DNA of 63,887 nucleotides, counting the filler, from Octopus bimaculoides (lineage: Eukaryota): assembly GCF_001194135.2 (NCBI RefSeq). It is 7 parts of 7 records of this genome, joined end to end, with 100 filler letters (N's around TTAATTAATTAA, not from the genome) between each part and the next. Parts side by side here need not be neighbours in the genome. Positions count along the whole stretch, not along the records: positions 1 to 23,102 come from NC_068999.1; positions 23,203 to 37,893 come from NC_068988.1; 5 more parts are not named here. The stretch is one strand, 5' to 3'. Shown one piece after another: positions 12,631-24,692 of this stretch; positions within the stretch are counted from its first letter, which is position 1, and every line of letters starts with the position of its first letter. The notes under the pieces are model-generated. The model worked only from the letters and a program-made list of their open reading frames with translations, was not told where the DNA came from and did no database searches. Both the position numbers and the translations under genes were made by a program.

Positions 12631-14124
12631 AGAAAGAAAGACAGATCAATCTCTCCATCTGCTGATCCTTCTCTCATTTTCTCTCATTGTCTTCCTTCCG
12701 TACAATATGGAAGATGTATGTATTTATCGTATGTTGAGTGTAGGTGTGTGTTCATTATGTGTCTGTGTTTCTCTCCTTGTCCCTATATCACTTCAAAGTC
12801 CCTTGCTCCTAAGAAACTAGCAATGAAACTGCGGAAGACTGCCCAGCTGCGTTTGCGACGGATTGAACAGCAACCAGTTTCCTTTACATCACATACGCGG
12901 ATTGTCTAACAAACCGAGAATTAAAGAGTGAAATAATCCTTCCGTTATGTCATATGTAATATAAATTAAAAAGTCTTTGATGATACCATTGCACGTAATT
13001 AACAAACAATTAATAATCTGTGGCTGTTAGAAATCTGAAAACACTCATTAAGGGAGTTAACTTCAATAAGATCAATTAATTAAAGCTTTTAGAGTATTTA
13101 GACTATGCGGATGGCTGAACGCATGATGACGCCTCTGGGACCGCTAACCCGGGATGACTCCAGTCCCGTAAAGCAGGAGCATGGAAATTCATTTTGTCCT
13201 TATAAACTAAATGGTAAAATCCGCAAGCATGTTTTGCTCTTATTAGATGTTATTAGCGAAACTAAGAGTGATATAAATGCGTGTTCGCGTGTACTCGTTC
13301 GCCAGAGTATGTCTGTCTGTCTGTCTGTGTGTCTGTGTGAATTCTTCTTTTATCATATTTCACTTCCGTGCTTCCATCCATGCGACTGCGGTCATGGTGG
13401 AGCATTTCAAGACGATCGCATTATTTACCTTTAAGCCTGCTGCTTACGTTTTGGCCCCTTTTGTGCGACAATCAGAAAGATGTAGTAGACTTAAAAAACA
13501 CAGAGATATGTACATATATATATATATATATATTGAGTGTGTGTATATCTATATATACGTGTGTGTGTGTGTGCGTTTCTATTTATATATGTATACGTAT
13601 ATATACATCGTAGTTGTCGCTGTTTGGCTTGCATAGATTATTTTTAGCTTAGCAAAGCTTAGCATACGCCAGTAAATGTATTCTTTTGCTGGTTGCATAT
13701 AAGAAATGCGTTCTTACTTAGCAGCGAACAGCTAATTCGGTGTTTCTTTGTGATGGAGTGTAACCACGCAGAAGAAAATGTCTTAAACGGTGTCTGATGA
13801 CAATTCTCAGAGGGCAGATCGATGTGACTGTTACACAGTCTATAAGGAGAATATCTTCTCTAAGACAGTTGGTACACCAGCCACCAGCGAAGGAATTTCT
13901 ACATTGAATTGTATAAATGCGTTTTATATGAGTATGTGTATAAATATGTGCGTGTGCTGTGTAGGTATTTGTGTATGTATAGGTATAGTATTATTCTCAT
14001 TAAATTCATATTAGCACACCTATCCATCAGAAACACGTGTCGGGTTGGAATTTAATGTCTATGTGCGTAAGAGAGAGAGAAAGAGTAGATATGTGTGTGT
14101 ATGTGTGTGCGTGCNNNNNNNNNN

Positions 14125-14181
<57 letters not shown>

Positions 14182-15431
14182 CGTGCGTGCGTCTGTAAAC
14201 AATCACACAAGTGTGTGTATGTCTAAAATTTACTGCTAACGTTTCGTTGGCACACGCAGCAATTTTCAACTTGAAGTCACTTAACGTAACAAAGCCTGTT
14301 TTGTAATTTCATGTTTGAACAAACCAATTAAAAGCAAAATAAAAATAGAAACCTACACAAAAGAAAAACAAAACATCAATAAAAAATGTAAACAAAACAC
14401 ACAGCTATTGAGGACTGTTGTACTTTGAGTCGATGTTTTCTGTTGTAAAAGATTTCNNNNNNNNNNNNNNNNNNNNNNNNNNNNNNNNNNNNNNNNNNNN
14501 NNNNNNNNNNNNNNNNNNNNNNNNNNNNNNNNNNNNNNNNNNNNNNNNNNNNNNNNNNNNNNNNNNNNNNNNNNNNNNNNNNNNNNNNNNNNNNNNNNNN
14601 NNNNNNNNNNNNNNNNNNNNNNNNNNNNNNNNNNNNNNNNNNNNNNNNNNNNNNNNNNNNNNNNNNNNNNNNNNNNNNNNNNNNNNNNNNNNNNNNNNNN
14701 NNNNNNNNNNNNNNNNNNNNNNNNNNNNNNNNNNNNNNNNNNNNNNNNNNNNNNNNNNNNNNNNNNNNNNNNNNNNNNNNNNNNNNNNNNNNNNNNNNNN
14801 NNNNNNNNNNNNNNNNNNNNNNNNNNNNNNNNNNNNNNNNNNNNNNNNNNNNNNNNNNNNNNNNNNNNNNNNNNNNNNNNNNNNNNNNNNNNNNNNNNNN
14901 NNNNNNNNNNNNNNNNNNNNNNNNNNNNCACACACACACACGCACACGCACACACACGCACACACACACGAGCGCGCGAGCGCGAGCGCACACACACACA
15001 CACACACACACATGCAAATGCACACACAGCCGTCCGCCTCAGTGGCTATGCAAGGCGTACAAAATCCGTAATTTCACAGAGACGAAGTCTTTAGAATATT
15101 TCCATCCGACTGAATATTTGGATACAATGATTAATTTTTACGCAACAGCAACAACAACAACAACATCAACAGCAATGACATACATCCACACACACTCACA
15201 AACACATAGGTACGTACATTTATATGCACACACACACACACACACGCTTATACGTTCCCATACACGGACATATCTACAAGCACGCGCACACATACGCACA
15301 CACAGTCTCTGATTTTAAAGTTTTCATTCACATTTTCTCCATAGTTCTACATCTCTTCTCTGTTTCCCCTAATACTCTCTCTCTCTCTATCTCTCTCTCT
15401 CTTCTTCTTCTTCTTCTTCTTCTTCTCCCCC

Positions 15432-15464
<33 letters not shown>

Positions 15465-16272
15465 TCCCTTTCTCCCATTCAATATTTCGTGCCTTTGATG
15501 TGGGAAGGAAAGTCTTCCTAAAATNNNNNNNNNNNNNNNNNNNNNNNNNNNNNNNNNNNNNNNNNNNNNNNNNNNNNNNNNNNNNNNNNNNNNNNNNNNN
15601 NNNNNNNNNNNNNNNNNNNNNNNNNNNNNNNNNNNNNNNNNNNNNNNNNNNNNNNNNNNNNNNNNNNNNNNNNNNNNNNNNNNNNNNNNNNNNNNNNNNN
15701 NNNNNNNNNNNNNNNNNNNNNNNNNNNNNNNNNNNNNNNNNNNNNNNNNNNNNNNNNNNNNNNNNNNNNNNNNNNNNNNNNNNNNNNNNNNNNNNNNNNN
15801 NNNNNNNNNNNNNNNNNNNNNNNNNNNNNNNNNNNNNNNNNNNNNNNNNNNNNNNNNNNNNNNNNNNNNNNNNNNNNNNNNNNNNNNNNNNNNNNNNNNN
15901 NNNNNNNNNNNNNNNNNNNNNNNNNNNNNNNNNNNNNNNNNNNNNNNNNNNNNNNNNNNNNNNNNNNNNNNNNNNNNNNNNNNNNNNNNNNNNNNNNNNN
16001 NNNNNNNNNNNNNNNNNNNNNNNNNNNNNNNNNNNNNNNNNNNNNNNNNNNNNNNNNNNNNNNNNNNNNNNNNNNNNNNNNNNNNNNNNNNNNNNNNNNN
16101 NNNNNNNNNNNNNNNNNNNNNNNNNNNNNNNNNNNNNNNNNNNNNNNNNNNNNNNNNNNCAAATATATATATATACAAATATATATATATATATACAAAT
16201 ATATATATATACAAATATACATATTTATACATACATATACCTAAATATATATATACATACATACCTATACAC

Positions 16273-16315
<43 letters not shown>

Positions 16316-16729
16316 CACTCTATGGCTCTCAACCTACAAGGTTTTCTTTCTCCCAATCTCCTATTCTCTCTCTCTATCTATCTATCTATCTCTATCTATT
16401 TCCCTCTCTCTCTATCTGCATTGTCATATCTATCAACAACTTGCCAAATGATAGACGGACCGACAACCTTGTTCGAAATGACATGCCGCCATATTGTTTC
16501 GTAACAGAACAAAATACGGAGGAAAAGATTAAAATTAAAAATAAAAGAAAAGATACACTAAACAAAATAAAAAACAAGTACAATTGATGAATGAAAAAAA
16601 GTGAAATAGCCCAACACATTGAAGCTGAAATAGTAATAGAAGCTGCGAAATTGGAGGGAAGAAAAACACTTTGCATAGAGTGGATATCAAAGAAATTGAG
16701 AAAACCGTGAAATGTGAGGATCGAAGTAG

Positions 16730-16940
16730 AGAGATGAAGAGATTTTAAAAGACAAAAGTGACAATCAATCCTGTGATAATTGGTGCATTTGGCACCGCAA
16801 TTAAATTGCTACCTAAAAGGCTGAAGGATTCTGGAACCGACAGCCGCATGGCCGACCTGCACAAAAGTGCCGTTCTCTATTCCCACAAGATTTTTAGATT
16901 TAAGGTGACTTATCACCAAACCTCAAAATAAAATCCCTGC

Positions 16941-16980
<40 letters not shown>
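16730..16980 (+). mobile_element. R4/Dong-clade retrotransposon 3' fragment ending in (TAA)n
   Basis: KTKVTINPVIIGAFGTAIKLLPKRLKDSGTDSRMADLHKSAVLYSHKIFR (16749-16900), then (TAA)n at 16941-16980. Confidence 0.6.
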
Positions 16981-16981
<1 letters not shown>

Positions 16982-16991
16982 TCCTGATGCA

Positions 16992-17039
<48 letters not shown>

Positions 17040-18427
17040 ATGCGTTTACGCTAAAAAATATCTAAAGACGAATAATTTTTCCTAACCTTTGGCAGAAAAG
17101 TGGATGTTCAAATATTTTGAAGTTATCTANNNNNNNNNNGAAAAGTGGATGTTCAAATATTTTGAAGTTATCTATGGGTGAAATAAATTCAAAAAATAAT
17201 AATTTTGTCGTCATAAGTATTTATAAGCTTCGAAAGAAAGGGAAATAATTCAACACTGAAACTCGAAGCAGATAAAGCTATGAGAATAGCTAGTAAATAT
17301 TAGATAAAAACATTTTTCGATTGAAAAAGTCGATGTGGGTTCGTGTCCAAAAGGATTTTCAATCTAACGCTTACACGCTAATTTTTATAGATTTATCTGC
17401 ATCGAGTTTCACCGTTCCAAAAAAAAAAAGAAAATGCTTTCAATTCCACATGGTATTGCTGGAAGAATATATGTTGTAACAAAAGCTCTGCACACGCATG
17501 CATCTTCGCTGCCAACAACAATCATTAACAGCATTACTTTTTTTGCCACAAGGGCAACAGATGAGTGAACGTTGTAAAGACAAACTTCAAAAATCGTGGA
17601 GGTTTAAGTAGAATCAATCATGGAAGTACAGCAACGGAAAATAACCGACATACAAAAGGAATAAGTAAAAATAAATGCATAAAAGTGTGGATATCGCTGA
17701 AATTCCTTGTAATTTTGTTTGATCTGTTTGGCAGAGGATTTCAAAGAATTCACTCGATGCTCGGGTTTTGTTCTTTGGAAACTACAGGAATTATTAAAGG
17801 ATCAGCGCTGAATCATTTGGACAGGGGTCGAAGTTGAAGTAACGGATGGATCGAGTGTAAAATAAAGGGTGAAGGGGTTGTTTGGGGGGGTGAGGGGGGC
17901 GTTAGGCGAGCAGGTTTTTGGTTTGATTTTATGAGAGGAATTTTGTAAAGGGATTGATGTGTGCGTGTGCGCGTGTGGTTGTGTGAACGTGTGTCTGTGT
18001 GTCTGTCAGAGGAAAGTGTGAGAGAAATATAACAACATAGTGGGACGTGAGAGAGATGAAGGAAGGGGTGGAAATATGTGGCTGATTAGGATTGAAGGGG
18101 GATCTGGACGGGTGAGAGTAAGAGTGGGGTAGATTACGTTGATAGCTTGAATTAAGTGCTGCCGCGACGTAGCTCTTCTTTCTCTAAGGGTATGGAGGTT
18201 GTTGTTGTTGTCGGTGGTGGTGTTGCTAGTGGTGGTAGCGATAGAGGTGGTAGTTGTAATAGTGGTGGTGCTATTCATAGTGCTGGTGGGGGTTGTAGGC
18301 TGTGGACAAGGTGGGGCACCGCCAGTTTTATACGACTCAGCTCCCCTGTCTTCAAACTAAATAAAAATATTAGAGAGAGAAGTAGTATCAATGTCGAATT
18401 GCAATCTTATATTTTACTGACCGGAAT

Positions 18428-18848
18428 GTATTATGAGAACGCCAAATACTGCGGTATTCGCCTTAACAGATCCTCTCATATAGATGTACGGTGCAAAGAG
18501 GACACACATACATCGTAGGGGACGATATATATGTATATATATATATATATAGTCTGGTATGGGTACTGGAACTCTCACATCAAATGATTTCAGCGTACTG
18601 CTCTTCCTCAGAATCAAGCGTCCTTTTTATTCTATATATCGTTGGGAGCGAGATTTGGCTGGCATGCGGGGAGCGGGCGTTTGCCAATTAGGAAGCAAAA
18701 TACGTTGAAACCACGTGATTTAGCTCTTCTAGCACCCATGCTGTATGGTTCTCGTTCGCTACGATGTGTGTGTTCACTTAACACTGTATGTCTATGTGAC
18801 TGGATACCTCATGGCGAATAGTCGCAGTATTCGGCGTTCCAATAATAT
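18428..18848. mobile_element. MITE-like foldback with about 90-bp diverged terminal inverted repeats
   Basis: 18428-18518 aligns to the reverse complement of 18759-18848 (gaacgcc.aatactgcg..tattcgcc ... acacaca..catcgtag). TA-rich flanks, non-coding interior. Confidence 0.65.
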
Positions 18849-18880
18849 ATATATATGAACACAGACGCATATACACACAA

Positions 18881-18926
<46 letters not shown>

Positions 18927-18963
18927 GCATATACATACATACATACATACAAACACACACACA

Positions 18964-19010
<47 letters not shown>

Positions 19011-19348
19011 GTATATATATATTTGCGGCGCGCGTTTATGGCGAAAAGTGATGCATGCATAGACGTTTCTTTAAACAAATGCGTCACAATACAATAAATA
19101 TGGCGCTATATTTTTCTGTTATTATAGTTTAATACAGCCATCTTCTAACATGATTAGTAAAATCTCTTCATTTATTAAAAATATTACGAATATAAAAGCG
19201 TAAAACATTTTGTAAATGAAAAATAAAATGGCGTTTCTTCTAATTCACGAAGCAATATTAAAAGATTAGAATATTTTCGCCTTAAGATAATCAGAAATTA
19301 GTTTATAAGCAGTTTTCCATTTCTTTCTAATTGCTGCAATAAAATAAC

Positions 19349-19381
<33 letters not shown>

Positions 19382-19639
19382 TATGGTAATAGCAACAACA
19401 ACAATAAAAACAACAAGTGCTGCAGCGAGAAAGACAACAGCAGCTGCAGCAGTAGAAAAGAATAAGGTTGAGGTGGGAGAGAAGGAAGGAAAGATAGGAG
19501 GAAGGGACGAGGAGGAGGAGGAGAAGAAGAAAATTTCATTTGCCACTGGAGCGCTGGGTGACAATGACATTACAAATAGAGGTTTCACAGGTGGTTTATA
19601 TAAAACAGGATGAGGATTGATTAAATAATAATAATAATG

Positions 19640-19672
<33 letters not shown>

Positions 19673-19941
19673 GAGGGACGCGTGGCAAGAAAGTCTACGC
19701 GATCCTGTATCGTGAGGAGGGTGGCTAGGTCTTTTCTCTTCAGTTTTTATGTCACTGCAAGAAGTGATGTTGGCTGTGTCCTCTCGTGTTGATGTTGTTT
19801 CGAAGGAGTCGTGTGTGCATAGGATTGTTTGTTTCATACATATATGCGCGTGTGTGTTCGCGCATGCGTGGGTGTATGCGAAATCCGACTTTGAATAAAT
19901 ATACATGCATACATATAAACATACACACACGCACACACACG

Positions 19942-19979
<38 letters not shown>

Positions 19980-20116
19980 ATGCAAAAGGATACACATACA
20001 TGCACGCCTATATAGATAGACACGAACATACATACAAACGGACATACATACATGAATACATAGTCTATGCTTCTGTATACGGAAAAAGAAATGTCTAAAA
20101 AATATAACGTAGTTTA

Positions 20117-20166
<50 letters not shown>

Positions 20167-20176
20167 NNNNNNNNNN

Positions 20177-20215
<39 letters not shown>

Positions 20216-20969
20216 TCTTTGTGCGTGTGTGTGTGTCTGTGTGTTGGTCTACCTCTCTGTGCGTGTGTATGCATATTAGTATATCACTGCATCTCGATAC
20301 ATTAAATATATACACGTACATATATATGTGTGCGTGTGCGTATACACACATACATATATATATACAAATATATATATNNNNNNNNNNNNNNNNNNNNNNN
20401 NNNNNNNNNNNNNNNNNNNNNNNNNNNNNNNNNNNNNNNNNNNNNNNNNNNNNNNNNNNNNNNNNNNNNNNNNNNNNNNNNNNNNNNNNNNNNNNNNNNN
20501 NNNNNNNNNNNNNNNNNNNNNNNNNNNNNNNNNNNNNNNNNNNNNNNNNNNNNNNNNNNNNNNNNNNNNNNNNNNNNNNNNNNNNNNNNNNNNNNNNNNN
20601 NNNNNNNNNNNNNNNNNNNNNNNNNNNNNNNNNNNNNNNNNNNNNNNNNNNNNNNNNNNNNNNNATATATATATATATATATATATATACGTGTGTATAT
20701 AGACTTACATGCGTGTATGCATATAAACACATACACACGAACGTACATAAATACACGCATACACATGCATACGTACTCATCTATGTATGTATGCATGAAT
20801 GAATAAATGTATGCACGTATGTAAAGGTGCAAACGCATGCATACATGCAGGCATAATTCACATATATGCAAATGAGATGGGTTTAGCAACGACTTACAGG
20901 ACAACGTATTACATGTATGTTTACACCTGTATATATGTATGAAATTGAGTGTATATATATATATATATA

Positions 20970-21021
<52 letters not shown>

Positions 21022-21525
21022 GCGGGTAAATATATACATATTCTGTATATATATNNNNNNNNNNTGTGTGTGTGTGCGTGTGCGGGTAAATATATACATA
21101 TTCTGTATATATATATATCTATATATATATATATATATATAATATGTGTGTACAGGACGTCACCAACAGTAAACAACATGAAATACGCAAATAACGAGAA
21201 AATGGAAAACAAGTCAAGTACGACCCTTTATCATTTGTCGGCTGTCTATCTACTCCCCATGTCAAGCAATCAACGACAATATGAGTCTTCGAAGACATAA
21301 ATACCAAAATAAAATGTGGTATTTATGGAGGGTCAAAGTTAGAAACAAAAACAGGACTGTGGAGACATACAGGGAAACCGAACGAAAACAAACATGGAGT
21401 GTCAATAGACCTGAACGAGGGGAAAACAGTGAACGCTGAAAGAGATATTTGCTTTGAAAAGAGAAAAGACAGAAAAGAGAGATAAGGAACGTCCAGTCCT
21501 TAGAAGGTCCGTGTAGGAAAGAAAG

Positions 21526-21625
21526 ATGGTCATGTGAGGAAAAGAAAGAGGACAATGGTCATGTGAGGAAAAGAAAGAGGGACAATGGTCATGTGAGGAA
21601 AAGAAAGAGGGACAATGGTCATGTG
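21526..21625. repeat. About 30-bp minisatellite, about 3.3 copies
   Basis: Unit caatggtcatgtgaggaaaagaaagaggga repeated head to tail. Confidence 0.9.
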
Positions 21626-21962
21626 TGAGCAACGAGAGAGAGAAAAGAGAAAAAGGGAAAGAGAGAAAGATAGAAAACGGTGAAAGGGAGAAAAGGGGAC
21701 TTCGAGAGGATGGGGGATAAAACAGTATTGAGTAGAGATACACATATATAATCAAAACAGCTCGTTGTAAAGTCTCAAGAAGAGATCAGAGTAATAACTA
21801 TACGAATAAGTAAACTTAATCGCCACATCAAAGTGTCTGTTCGGGCCCACCGTGAGCAATATATGTTGTATATAAAAGGTGCAGCGCCGCACCAATAACG
21901 AGCTGGCAGAAGATCTGCCTGAGGCTAAACTAGCAGCAATATGGAACAGCCATTTTGAATGT

Positions 21963-22013
<51 letters not shown>

Positions 22014-22374
22014 TATTTGTACCGAGGATTAGAGAGCATATTAACCATGCTGACCATGAAATCATTAATGATATACGACTAAACCTTTTTTTAAGGAATT
22101 TATTGTATGTACATTCCCACGATTACGGTGCCTGTGTATATGTATTGAAGTAGTTTGACTTTTGAGTCCCATTACAGCGTGAGGCGTTACTTAATGTAAT
22201 AGTCCTTAATAAAAAAAATTATTTTATATTTAAGGAAAACAATTATATATTTTGTATTAATATTTTCCTCAACTGGTTTTCCACGCTGGCTACTTGAGAA
22301 ATCTTATATAGAATTTATCCTTGTATTTTCTCTATACACATGTATATTAATAGAACCATCTACTCACAATCCAC

Positions 22375-22570
22375 TTAGGATCGTATGGTTGTAAGTGCGA
22401 TTACTGGCAGTGCGTTGTGTCCTTGAGCAAGACACTTTTATTTCACGTTGCACCAGTCCAGCTTTGTCACATTCTGTCACGCCGAATCATCCAGAAAACT
22501 ACATTATGAGTACGGCTCTTCTACGGAGTGCTCAGCCACTTGCAAGTTAATTGCACGAGCAGACAAGTGA
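22375..22570 (+). mobile_element. tRNA-derived SINE family C, diverged
   Basis: gcgttgtgtccttgagcaagacacttttatttcacgttgcaccagtc matches 38790-38835. Confidence 0.6.
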
Positions 22571-22585
22571 CAGTATTCTTTTACG

Positions 22586-22774
22586 CTTTTATTCTTTTAC
22601 TTGCTTCAGTCATTTGACAGCGGCCATGCTGGAGCCCCACCTTTAGTCAAACGAATACACACAAGGACATATTCCTTGTAAGACTTATACTTATTTGCTG
22701 AACCGTTAAGTTACGGGAACGTAAAATCACCAACTTCAGTTACCAAGCGATGGTGGGGGACAAACATAGACACA

Positions 22775-22813
<39 letters not shown>

Positions 22814-22986
22814 ACACACACACATATGCGACGGGCTTCTTTTAGTTTCCGTCTACCAAATTCACTCACAAGGCTTTGGTCGGCTCGAGGCTAAAGTAGA
22901 AGACACTTACCCAATGTGCTACGCAGTGAGACCGAGCCCAAAGCCTAGGTTGCAGGAAAGAAAGCTCCTTACCCCACAGCCACACC
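22586..22986 (-). mobile_element. SINE family B, full length with internal (CA)n
   Basis: Head at 22900-22986, gtagacggaaact core, internal microsatellite, and 3' tail ggctccagcatggccgctgtcaaatgactgaag. Confidence 0.85.
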
Positions 22987-23039
<53 letters not shown>

Positions 23040-23102
23040 GCAGGAAGATAAAAAGGGTGTTAGAAATGTTACATATATATGTGTGTAATACATGTGTAAA
23101 TA

Positions 23103-23202
23103 NNNNNNNNNNNNNNNNNNNNNNNNNNNNNNNNNNNNNNNNNNNNTTAATTAATTAANNNNNNNNNNNNNNNNNNNNNNNNNNNNNNNNNNNNNNNNNN
23201 NN
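23103..23202. other. Artificial assembly spacer N44-TTAATTAATTAA-N44
   Basis: The same 100-bp spacer has its 12-mer at 23147, 37938, 49846, 59296, 61028 and 62570. It places stops in all six frames. Confidence 0.9.
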
Positions 23203-23293
23203 AGTGATATATATATATATATATTTTTTAAAGTTTCAGCTTAGAGCTGCGGCCATGCTGATGCACCACCGTGTATATATATATATATATATA

Positions 23294-23504
23294 TGTTTGT
23301 GTGTCTGTGTTTGTCCCCCCAATATTGTTTGACAACCGATGCTGGTGTGTTTACGTCCATGTAACTTAGCGGTTCGGCAAAAGAGACCGATAGAATAAGT
23401 ACTAGGCTTACAAAGAATAAGTCCTGGGGTCGATTTGCTCGACTAAAGGCGGTGCTCCAGCATGGCTGCAGTCAAATGACTGAAACAAATAAAAGAATAA
23501 AAGA
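23294..23504 (+). mobile_element. SINE family B, 3' half
   Basis: gacaaccgatgctggtgtgtttacgtcc...ggcggtgctccagcatggctgcagtcaaatgactgaaacaaataaaagaataaaaga. Confidence 0.9.
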
Positions 23505-23505
23505 C

Positions 23506-24096
23506 TTACACTTGTCTATTAAATTGCGCCATATGAACTCGTGTAAATAAGAAACAAACTAAACCTCTGAAGTACCAAATTGACGGCGTAATTTGCTTTT
23601 AACACGCATCCACATATTTTCTATAATTTGCTTGTGGACGTCTTCATCGGCAAGATCAACGAAATTGTCTTCATCTACAAATTACCTCCTGAGGGTAGGC
23701 AACACTATTCAGAATTCCAGTGTTATTGTAAGATTGTCAGCTATCACTTACTGTGTGACTCCCTGACAGAATCCATCGTTGAATTAATGTTGTCGAAGTC
23801 TGCTCAGTACGATCAGGTACTTCATCTAAGAAACATTTTTTAGAAACGTTTTCTATTCCGCCGAATACCCAATGGCCAGGGTGCCACTCACCGTGGTAAT
23901 ATTTTTGATGAAAATATTTACTTTCATCCATCTCCACAACTACTGGCTCTCCATTAGCATCAATGACTCCGGTTTCCATCGGATTTTGGTGGAGCCAAAC
24001 GTCACATATTTCAAGACAGAAATTACTCCAACCAACAATCCTAGTTCTACTTTGTATGGAAGACTCATGCATAGTATCATTTTCAGACATATCGCG
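23506..24096 (-). mobile_element. Merlin (IS1016/IS1595-like) DNA transposase, disrupted
   Basis: VVEMDESKYFHQKYYHG...HWVFGGIENVSKKCFLDEVPDRTEQT...WILSGSHTVSDS, then after a disruption NFVDLADEDVHKQIIENMWMRVKSKLRRQFGTS...SYLHEFIWRN. All three DDE positions are recognisable. Confidence 0.85.
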
Positions 24097-24249
24097 TGAC
24101 CAACAATAAACGATTATAAGGATACTGTACNNNNNNNNNNNNNNNNNNNNNNNNNNNNNNNNNNNNNNNNNNNNNNNNNNNNNNNNNNNNNNNNNNNNNN
24201 NNNNNNNNNNNNNNNNNNNNNNNNNNNNNNGATGATGATGATGATGATG

Positions 24250-24280
<31 letters not shown>

Positions 24281-24595
24281 TGTATACATATTATATGTAT
24301 ACATTATATATATATATTGTAGATATATTATATGTATATATTGTATATATATTATATATATATATATATTGTATATATATTATACGTCTATATATATATA
24401 TTATATATATGTTATATGTATTATATATTATAAATATATGCATATATTTATATTCTTATATGATCGAATGCCACGCATGCCTTTCCAAGTAAGTTTTCTC
24501 TTAATATATAAATTATATACATATATATATATATACATATATATATACTACATATATATTATACATGTGTATATATATATATATATATATCAGTC

Positions 24596-24668
24596 CTCAG
24601 TCAAATCGTCCAACCCATGCTAGCATGGAAAGCGGACGTTAAACGATGATGATGATGATGATGATGAT
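24596..24668 (+). mobile_element. RTE LINE / RTE-tailed SINE 3' tail
   Basis: cctcagtcaaatcgtccaacccatgctagcatggaaagcggacgttaaacg(atg)n, the same tail as 37670-37743. Confidence 0.85.
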
Positions 24669-24692
24669 ATATATATACTTTTTATTTTATGC

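Noticed and set aside
17098-17175. Direct repeats flanking 10-N gaps (also 21010-21112 and 37486-37598)
   Set aside because: Identical sequence on both sides of a 10-N gap indicates unmerged overlapping contig ends.
21140-21480. Repeat-like segment with palindrome GTCTTCGAAGAC, considered as a PLE repeat or hammerhead
   Set aside because: No complete core on either strand and no second copy in the window.
21526-21625. 30-bp repeat as a CRISPR array
   Set aside because: Units are head to tail with no unique spacers, there are no cas genes, and the context is eukaryotic.
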